NCBI GenBank assembly: GCA_964542785.1
Contig: CAZIUK010000001.1
Location: 442,862-506,861 of the forward strand
From: an uncultured Planctomycetales bacterium
GTDB lineage: Bacteria; Omnitrophota; Gorgyraeia; Gygaellales; Profunditerraquicolaceae
Direction of reading: 5' to 3'
DNA length: 64,000 bases
Part shown: positions 57,437-64,000 of the stretch, piece after piece
Numbering within the stretch: position 1 is the first letter of the stretch
Layout of the letters: the number at the start of each line of letters is the position of its first letter
Notes under the pieces: generated by a model
Seen by the model: only the letters and a program-made list of their open reading frames with translations
Databases searched by the model: none
Told to the model about the DNA's origin: nothing
Made by a program: the position numbers and the translations under genes

Positions 57437-57473
57437 AGAGGCGACTCTTATTAGAAGAGCCGCCTCTTTTTTA
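57437..57473 (+). terminator. Rho-independent terminator after groEL
   Basis: AGAGGCGaCTCTT-ATTAG-AAGAGcCGCCTCT forms a ~12-bp stem with one bulge, followed by TTTTTTAT. Confidence 0.7.
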
Positions 57474-57474
57474 T

Positions 57475-57503
57475 CTTGACAAACACTCTTAATTATTGTA
57501 AAA
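57475..57503 (+). promoter_or_regulatory. Sigma70-like promoter for the guaB-like/guaA operon
   Basis: TTGACA (57475-57480), a 17-nt spacer, then TAAAAT (57498-57503). Confidence 0.4.
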
Positions 57504-57598
57504 TTCTTTATCCTTTCATAGGTAAACTCTTAAAAAATGTTTTTTCTTCTAATTCTTTACTTGACAATAGGTTATGTATAAAGAAAGGCTAAAAAGAG

Positions 57599-58759
57599 AT
57601 GGCAGAATGGATAGGCATAGGTAGGCGAGCACGCAGATGTTATGGTTTTGATGAGATAGCTCTTGTCCCTGGAGCGCAGACAGTTAACCCAAATGAAGTA
57701 GATACATCCTTTCAAATAGCAGGAAAAAGATTCAGTGTCCCAATTCTTGCTGCGGCAATGGACGGAGTAGTAGATATAAGGTTTGCCGCTGAAATGTCTC
57801 GCTTAGGAGGTATCGCAGTATTAAACCTAGACGGCATTCAAACAAGATATGAAAATCCTGATTCAGTATTAAAAGATATAGCCCGGGCAACTTCACAAAA
57901 AGCAACTCAATTAATTCAGTCTGTATACACAACTCCTATCAAAGAAAAATTAGTTTCAAAAAGAGTCTCTGAAATTAAGAAAAAACAGGCTGTCGCTGTA
58001 GTAAGCTGTATACCGGCTAATGCCGAAAAATTCTCTAAATTAGCCATAGACTCAGGGGCGGATATATTTGTCATCCAATCTACAGTCACTACTGCTCGAC
58101 ATCTAGCCAAAGAATACAAAACCCTTGATCTTTACAATTTTTGCAAACAAACTAAGATACCTGTAATTTTAGGCAACTGTGTAACCTATGAAACAACCCT
58201 CGAACTTATGGAAACAGGCGCAAAGGCCCTTTTGATCGGAGTAGGTCCCGGAGCAGCCTGTACTACAAGAGGAGTTTTAGGTATAGGTGTCCCACAAGTT
58301 ACCGCAACAGTAGACGCAGCAGAAGCACGAGATTTTTATTATAAGAGGACAGGCAAATACATATCTATAATTACTGATGGCGGCATGAACAGGGGTGGAG
58401 ATATATGTAAAGCCTTTGCCTGTGGTGCTGACGCTGTAATGATTGGCTCAAGCTTTGCCCGCGCCAAAGAAGCCCCAGGAAGGGGTTTCCACTGGGGCAT
58501 GGCCACTTCACATGTTAATCTTCCCAGGGGAACTCGGATAAAAGTAGGAACAACTGGCTCACTAAAAGAGATACTCTTTGGCCCAGCTAAAGTAGACGAC
58601 GGCTCTCAAAACTTAATAGGGGCATTAAAAACCTCAATGGGTTCTTTAGGAGCCTTAAGTTTAAGAGAAATGCAAGATGTAGAAATTATTATCGCGCCCT
58701 CAATACAGACTGAAGGAAAAATATTTCAAGTTGGACAGCGCGTAGGAATGGGGAAATAA
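57599..58759 (+). CDS. IMP dehydrogenase family protein lacking the CBS pair (IMPDH-related/GuaB3-like or GMP-reductase-like)
   Basis: IMPDH barrel motifs (FDEIALVPG, catalytic-Cys loop VGPGAACTTRGVLGIGVPQVTA, DGGMNRGGDICKAFACGADAVMIGS). No CBS insertion is present (386 aa total). Confidence 0.75.
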   Translation: MAEWIGIGRRARRCYGFDEIALVPGAQTVNPNEVDTSFQIAGKRFSVPILAAAMDGVVDIRFAAEMSRLGGIAVLNLDGIQTRYENPDSVLKDIARATSQKATQLIQSVYTTPIKEKLVSKRVSEIKKKQAVAVVSCIPANAEKFSKLAIDSGADIFVIQSTVTTARHLAKEYKTLDLYNFCKQTKIPVILGNCVTYETTLELMETGAKALLIGVGPGAACTTRGVLGIGVPQVTATVDAAEARDFYYKRTGKYISIITDGGMNRGGDICKAFACGADAVMIGSSFARAKEAPGRGFHWGMATSHVNLPRGTRIKVGTTGSLKEILFGPAKVDDGSQNLIGALKTSMGSLGALSLREMQDVEIIIAPSIQTEGKIFQVGQRVGMGK

Positions 58760-58760
58760 T

Positions 58761-60371
58761 ATGAGAAGGTTAGCTAAAAAAAAGAAGTTTTCTAAAAAAG
58801 ATCCTCGCTTTAAAAAAGAAAAGGTAGCTTCTCCTAAACAGGTTGTCTTGATATTAGACTTTGGCTCTCAATACACTCAACTAATTGCCAGAAGAGTGCG
58901 TGAAAACAAGGTTTATTCAAAGATTATACCTTTTAACACCCCGGCAAAGGATATAGCAGCGATGAACCCTAAGGGTCTTATCCTCTCAGGAAGCCCTATG
59001 CCAATTACAAGCAAAAAACCTCTTTATCCTGATAAAGGAATATTTAAATTAGGGATACCCCTCTTAGGCATAAGCTATGGAATGCAGGTGATAGTAGAAA
59101 TGCTCGGAGGAAAAGCTAAACGCACCCGCACCCAAAGTTACGGGAAGGCAGAACTTTTTATAGATGAAAATAGAGATTTATTCTCGCATATGCCGGGAAA
59201 TTTTACATGCTGGGCAAGCTATGGGAGCATTCTTCTTAAGCTTCCTATTGGTTTTTGTACTAGCGCACATACAACTAACACCCCAATAGCAGCCATCTCA
59301 AACAGTAAAAAGAAAATATTTGGGTTACAATTTCACCCAGAGGTAGCCAACACAGAAAAAGGAAACCAGATATTCAGCAATTTTCTTTTTAGGATATGTG
59401 GATGTCTTGGCAGGTGGACTACGGAATCCTTTATTTATGAAACAGTAAATAAGATCAAAAAAGAAGTAGGGAAAGATAGGGTTATATTGGGTTTAAGTGG
59501 GGGTATCGACTCCTCAGTAGTCGCGCTTCTTCTCCATAAGGCAATAGGTAAAAATTCCTGCTGTATATTTGTTAATAATGGATTGATGAGGAAGGGCGAA
59601 CCTGAACAAGTAAGAAAGGTATTTAAGGATCTCTACCGTTTAAACCTTAACCTTGTAGATAGAAGTAAAAATTTCCTAAATAGGCTTAAGGGGGTTATTG
59701 ATCCGGAAGAAAAGAGAAAGATTATCGGCAATGAGTTTATAAATATCTTTGAACAGGAGGCAAAAAAAACAAAAGGAGTAAAGTTTTTAGCACAAGGGAC
59801 ACTGTACCCTGATGTAATTGAATCCGTACCTACTGACGGAACTCCAAGCAAAAAGATTAAAAGCCACCATAATGTCGGGGGGCTCCCAGAGCGGATGAAA
59901 TTAAAATTACTAGAACCCTTACGCGAGCTATTTAAAGATGAAGTTCGGGAGATAGGAAGAGCGCTTGGTTTGCCGGATACAATAATAAATAGGCAGCCTT
60001 TTCCGGGTCCGGGCTTAGCAGTAAGAATTATCGGCGAAGTAACAAAAGAGCGGTTAGATATATTACAAGAGGTAGATAAGAGGGTTGTTGAGGAAATCCG
60101 GGCAGCAAACCTGTATGATACTATCTGGCAATCATTTGCCGTATTACTTCCTATAAAAAGTGTAGGTATAACCGCAGATGAAAGGACCTATGAGAATGTC
60201 GTGGCCCTACGATGCGTTTTAAGTTCAGACGGAATGACGGCAGAATGGGCAAATCTTCCGTATGAACTTTTAGATAAAATATCCAATCGCATAATCAATG
60301 AAGTAAAAGGGGTAAACCGCGTTGTTTATGATATTACCTCCAAGCCTCCTGCAACCATAGAGTGGGAATAG
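58761..60371 (+). CDS. guaA: GMP synthase (glutamine-hydrolysing)
   Basis: N-terminal class-I GATase (catalytic Cys in the GISYGMQ context, …HPE) and a C-terminal ATP-pyrophosphatase with PP-loop (GLSGGIDSSV) and GMP-synthase dimerisation domain. Confidence 0.95.
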   Translation: MRRLAKKKKFSKKDPRFKKEKVASPKQVVLILDFGSQYTQLIARRVRENKVYSKIIPFNTPAKDIAAMNPKGLILSGSPMPITSKKPLYPDKGIFKLGIPLLGISYGMQVIVEMLGGKAKRTRTQSYGKAELFIDENRDLFSHMPGNFTCWASYGSILLKLPIGFCTSAHTTNTPIAAISNSKKKIFGLQFHPEVANTEKGNQIFSNFLFRICGCLGRWTTESFIYETVNKIKKEVGKDRVILGLSGGIDSSVVALLLHKAIGKNSCCIFVNNGLMRKGEPEQVRKVFKDLYRLNLNLVDRSKNFLNRLKGVIDPEEKRKIIGNEFINIFEQEAKKTKGVKFLAQGTLYPDVIESVPTDGTPSKKIKSHHNVGGLPERMKLKLLEPLRELFKDEVREIGRALGLPDTIINRQPFPGPGLAVRIIGEVTKERLDILQEVDKRVVEEIRAANLYDTIWQSFAVLLPIKSVGITADERTYENVVALRCVLSSDGMTAEWANLPYELLDKISNRIINEVKGVNRVVYDITSKPPATIEWE

Positions 60372-60401
60372 CTTTTTTACCGCTTGACTTATAAATAAAT
60401 T

Positions 60402-63400
60402 ATGCCACATAGCGAATTTATCCATCTACATTTACATACCCAATATAGCCTCCTTGACGGGGCATGCCGAATACCGCAGCTATTAGCCCTTGCTAAGCAG
60501 TATAATATGGGCTCATTGGCAATTACCGACCACGGAAACCTTTTTGGGGCTATTGACTTTTATCTTGAAGCCCAAAAAGCAGGAATCAAGCCCATCTTAG
60601 GCTGTGAGGTTTATATCGCTCCCGGAAACCGTATGGATAAATCATCTTCCGGGATAGAAGAAGCCTCTTACCACCTAATTCTCTTATCTAAGGATGAGGA
60701 AGGGTATCATAATTTAATAAAGCTTGTCTCCATAGGGTATTTAGAAGGATTCTATTACCGCCCGCGTATTGATAAAGAGATTTTATCCGAATACTCAAAA
60801 GGACTTATCGCTTTAAGTGCCTGTTTAAAAGGAGAGATTCCGTCACTCCTCTCTCAGAGACGTTTTAATGATGCCCTTAAAACCGCAGATACTTATTTAA
60901 GCATAATGGGCACGGAGAACTTCTATCTAGAGCTTCAGGAAAACGCGATTCCTGAGCAAAAAGAGGTAAATTCTGGTTTAGTTAAGATAAGCAAAAAGCT
61001 AGGGATACCTTTGGTTGCCACTAATGATGTTCATTACCTAACTCGCAATAGCGCATCTGCCCATGAGGCGTTGTTATGCATACAAACCCAAACAACCCTT
61101 GATAACCCTAACCGCATGCGCTTTCAAACAGAAGAATTTTATTTTAAATCTCCCCAAGAGATGAAAACTTTATTTAAAGATTATCCTGAAGCGATTTCAA
61201 ATACTTTAAAGATAGCCTCCCGTTGCAACTTAGAACTAAATTTCAAACAAATACATCTGCCTAGGTATGATCCTCCGATAGGCCAGACTAAAGAAGAGTT
61301 TTTAAAAAGCCTTTGCCTTGAAGGGCTTAAAAAAAAGTTCAATACGGTCACCAAGGAGATAGACGAACGCTTAGAACTTGAATTAAAAACTATCATTAAT
61401 ATGGGCTTTGCAAGTTATTTTCTTATTGTTTGGGATTTTATCCACTATGCAAAGAGTAAGGGAATACCCGTAGGCCCAGGGAGAGGCTCAGCAGCAGGAA
61501 GCTTAGTAAGTTATCTTTTAGGGATTACGGATTTGGATCCTTTAAAATACGGCTTATTATTTGAAAGGTTCTTAAACCCCGAGCGCATGGGCTTGCCTGA
61601 TATAGATATAGACTTCTGCTACGAAAGAAGACAAGAGGTTATTGATTATGTTACCGCTAAATACGCTCAGGAGAACGTAGCTCAAATAATTACCTTTGGG
61701 ACTATGCAGGCGCGTGCGGTTATTCGCGATGTAGGCCGGGTAATGGGTATGGCTTATGCTGAAGTAGATAAAATAGCCAAGATGATCCCTTTTGAGCTTG
61801 AGATGACCTTAAAAAGGGCATTAGAAAATGAACCTGAGCTTAATAATCTTTACAAAAACGATCCTACTATAAATAAATTAATCAACACGGGGATGGAGCT
61901 AGAGGGTTTAAACCGCCATGCCTCTGTCCATGCCGCAGGCGTAGTCATAGCTGATAAACCTTTGGTTAATTATAGCCCTTTGTTTAAAACTAGCGACGGA
62001 CAAATAACTACTGGCTTTAGCATGAGCATCTTAGAGAAAATCGGACTCCTAAAAATGGACTTCTTAGGCTTAAGGACTCTCACCGTAATTAATCAGGCTA
62101 TAAAAATCATAAGGGAGAGAAAAGGCAAAGATGTTTCAATTGAAGCAATACCTTTAGATGACCCTAAAACTTATAATCTCTTATCCTCTTCTCAAACAGC
62201 CGGAATATTCCAACTTGAAAGTTCGGGTATGCGGGATTTATTAAAAAAATTATCCCCTGAACGCTTTGAGGACTTAATCGCCTTATTAGCCTTATACCGT
62301 CCGGGGCCAATAGGCTCAGGAATGCTTGACGATTTTATTGAGCGTAAGCATAACCTTAAACCTATAAAATACGAACATCCTAAATTAGAACCTATCTTAA
62401 AAGATACCTACGGGATTATGCTTTATCAAGAGCAGATAATGCAGATAGCCTCACTTTTAGCAGGATTTAGCTTAGCCCAAGCGGATATTTTACGTAAAGC
62501 AATGGGCAAAAAAATCCCTGAGGTAATGGAAAAGGAACGAATCAATTTTATAAAAGGCTGCAAAAAAAATGGGATTAAAGAATTAACCGCAGAAAAGATA
62601 TTTGATTTAATAGAATACTTTTCCGGGTATGGTTTCAATAAATCCCACTCAACTGCTTATGCGCTTATCTCTTATCGGACCGCATATCTTAAAGCCAACT
62701 ACCCGGTAGAATTTATGACAGCGCTCTTAACCTCTGAACGTGATAATACGGATAAGATAGTAGAATACGTAACTGAAGCTCAAAAAATGGGAATAGCTAT
62801 ATTGCCTCCTGATATTAATGAAAGTGACGGATTATTTAAGGTTATTGATGAAAGGTCCATAAGGTTTGGACTTTTGGCTGTTAAAAATGTAGGCGCAGGG
62901 GCCATAGACTCTATCATCAAAACAAGGGAAGAAAGCGGGCCCTTTAAATCCCTGCAGGATTTATGCCAACGCATAGATTTGCGCCTTGCTAATAAAAAGG
63001 TTTTAGAGAGCTTAATTAAATGCGGGGCCATGGATTCTTTTTTAATCCCACGCGCACAAATGTTTACCTCTTTAGAGCCTACCCTTAATTCAGCCTCCCG
63101 GATACAAAAAGAAAAATCAAAAGGGCAACTTTCATTTTTTGATGATGGGACATCCAATGGAATATTCGCAAAAAAAGACGATTCTCTTCTTCATCTAAAA
63201 GAGTGGCCTGAGCCACAACTACTCTCCTTTGAAAAGGATATGCTTGGCTTTTACATAAGCGGCCATCCGTTAGCCAGATACGCAAAGATTTTAAAGCGCT
63301 TTGCCACCTCTTCAATAAATGAACTCACCATGAATAATGACAATGACGAAGTTAAAGTAGTGGGGCTTATCTCCAAGATAAAAAATACCATAACCCGTGC

Positions 63401-63845
63401 AAAACAAGAAAAGATGTCCATCTTAAAACTTGAAGACCTCAACGGCTCTGTGGAGCTTTTAGTTTTTCCTAAAGCCTATCAAAAAGTCTATCGCTACATA
63501 CAACCCAACACCGTAGTCTTAGTAAAGGGGAGCCTTAACCTAAAAGAAGATACCCCTAAAATATTTGTTAATGACCTTTTCCCTTTTGAACGTATTTATA
63601 AATTAATCACGGGGATAAGCATAAACCTTGCGGGATTAAGGGAAAATGTCTTCTCTACCTTAAAAGAAGTCCTCTCCTCCTCACACGGAGATGTCCCAGT
63701 TTATCTTAACCTTAATACTCCAGCAAGGTCAAGAGTGCAAATGGTAGTAGGAGAAAATTTCTATGTAGCTCCTTCTGAAAAACTGATCAACGAGATTGAA
63801 AATCTTTTGGGAGAAGAACGCCTTAAATTACTCTTGACATCGTAA
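60402..63845 (+). CDS. dnaE: DNA polymerase III alpha subunit
   Basis: PHP domain N-terminus (FIHLHLHTQYSLLDGA), polymerase core (…GPGRGSAAGSLVSYLLGIT…), and an OB-fold C-terminal region. 1147 aa. Confidence 0.97.
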   Translation: MPHSEFIHLHLHTQYSLLDGACRIPQLLALAKQYNMGSLAITDHGNLFGAIDFYLEAQKAGIKPILGCEVYIAPGNRMDKSSSGIEEASYHLILLSKDEEGYHNLIKLVSIGYLEGFYYRPRIDKEILSEYSKGLIALSACLKGEIPSLLSQRRFNDALKTADTYLSIMGTENFYLELQENAIPEQKEVNSGLVKISKKLGIPLVATNDVHYLTRNSASAHEALLCIQTQTTLDNPNRMRFQTEEFYFKSPQEMKTLFKDYPEAISNTLKIASRCNLELNFKQIHLPRYDPPIGQTKEEFLKSLCLEGLKKKFNTVTKEIDERLELELKTIINMGFASYFLIVWDFIHYAKSKGIPVGPGRGSAAGSLVSYLLGITDLDPLKYGLLFERFLNPERMGLPDIDIDFCYERRQEVIDYVTAKYAQENVAQIITFGTMQARAVIRDVGRVMGMAYAEVDKIAKMIPFELEMTLKRALENEPELNNLYKNDPTINKLINTGMELEGLNRHASVHAAGVVIADKPLVNYSPLFKTSDGQITTGFSMSILEKIGLLKMDFLGLRTLTVINQAIKIIRERKGKDVSIEAIPLDDPKTYNLLSSSQTAGIFQLESSGMRDLLKKLSPERFEDLIALLALYRPGPIGSGMLDDFIERKHNLKPIKYEHPKLEPILKDTYGIMLYQEQIMQIASLLAGFSLAQADILRKAMGKKIPEVMEKERINFIKGCKKNGIKELTAEKIFDLIEYFSGYGFNKSHSTAYALISYRTAYLKANYPVEFMTALLTSERDNTDKIVEYVTEAQKMGIAILPPDINESDGLFKVIDERSIRFGLLAVKNVGAGAIDSIIKTREESGPFKSLQDLCQRIDLRLANKKVLESLIKCGAMDSFLIPRAQMFTSLEPTLNSASRIQKEKSKGQLSFFDDGTSNGIFAKKDDSLLHLKEWPEPQLLSFEKDMLGFYISGHPLARYAKILKRFATSSINELTMNNDNDEVKVVGLISKIKNTITRAKQEKMSILKLEDLNGSVELLVFPKAYQKVYRYIQPNTVVLVKGSLNLKEDTPKIFVNDLFPFERIYKLITGISINLAGLRENVFSTLKEVLSSSHGDVPVYLNLNTPARSRVQMVVGENFYVAPSEKLINEIENLLGEERLKLLLTS

Positions 63846-63906
63846 CTTTTTGCTGTTACTATACTTAAGAATAAGCCTATCAATTTTTACAGGCAGGGAG
63901 GAATAT

Positions 63907-64000
63907 ATGACAAAGAAGGATATTATACTTAAAGTTTCTGACCAAACTGGGCTAAAACAAATAGATGTAAAATTAGTCGTTCAAAAAACCTTTGATTCTA
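63907..64000 (+). CDS. hup: DNA-binding protein HU/IHF family, N-terminal fragment (3' end lies outside the window)
   Basis: MTKKDIILKVSDQTGLKQIDVKLVVQKTFDS… matches the HU/IHF N-terminus (MTK.DLI..V…GL.K..V…V). RBS GGAGGAA at 63896. Confidence 0.7.
   Translation, partial: MTKKDIILKVSDQTGLKQIDVKLVVQKTFDS

Noticed and set aside
1-64000. CRISPR arrays, IS elements, integrases, toxin-antitoxin or defence islands
   Set aside because: No direct-repeat/spacer periodicity is visible. No transposase, integrase or recombinase ORFs are present. The tRNA genes are not followed by foreign-looking DNA. The window appears to be core chromosome.

Overview
This 64 kb window is a compact, low-GC (roughly 35-37% by eye) bacterial chromosomal segment. 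Almost everything is coded on the + strand in tightly packed, often overlapping operons; the one large minus-strand gene is at 11924-15142. I did not see any CRISPR array, IS element or obvious integrative mobile element. Most of the content is recognisable housekeeping. It includes an aromatic amino-acid operon (chorismate mutase/prephenate dehydratase, hisC-like aminotransferase, DAHP synthase, tyrA), cmk, lepA, lepB, pgsA, plsY, gatCAB, ctpA, tsaD, tilS, ftsH, folP, cdaA, pdxJ, acpS, nnrD, gpsA, hom, thrC, lysC, cimA, valS, nadC, uvrB, coaX, groES/groEL, guaA, dnaE and the start of an HU-like gene. There are five tRNAs: a CAT-anticodon tRNA next to tilS, a Thr(TGT)-Tyr(GTA)-Gly(TCC) cluster, and Pro(GGG). 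The non-routine content, in order of interest: (a) a bactofilin fused to an excisionase-type HTH domain, followed by a tail-anchored membrane protein carrying the same HTH, directly upstream of (b) an acsC-RACo-acsD-acsE corrinoid/methyltransferase module of the Wood-Ljungdahl pathway with no CODH/ACS subunits in the window; (c) a ~600 nt noncoding gap with a long hairpin and a consensus promoter in front of a 933-aa outer-membrane beta-barrel protein; (d) a 1072-aa cytoplasmic glycoside-hydrolase/phosphorylase-like protein; (e) a 44-aa stub of the CdaA regulator YbbR/CdaR after cdaA; (f) a short archaeal-type ThyA-like protein, two PilZ paralogs and a PAS kinase with a receiver-only regulator; (g) an ApgM-family protein placed among Asp-to-Thr pathway genes with no thrB, fitting the proposed non-orthologous homoserine kinase; and (h) an IMPDH-family protein without a CBS pair upstream of guaA. 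Several consensus sigma70 promoters, a CIRCE operator before groES, and a strong intrinsic terminator after groEL are visible. The organism is probably an uncultivated anaerobe; that is a guess based on the Wood-Ljungdahl genes and the archaeal-type ThyA/ApgM. All functional calls rest on motifs I recognise by eye, not on database searches.
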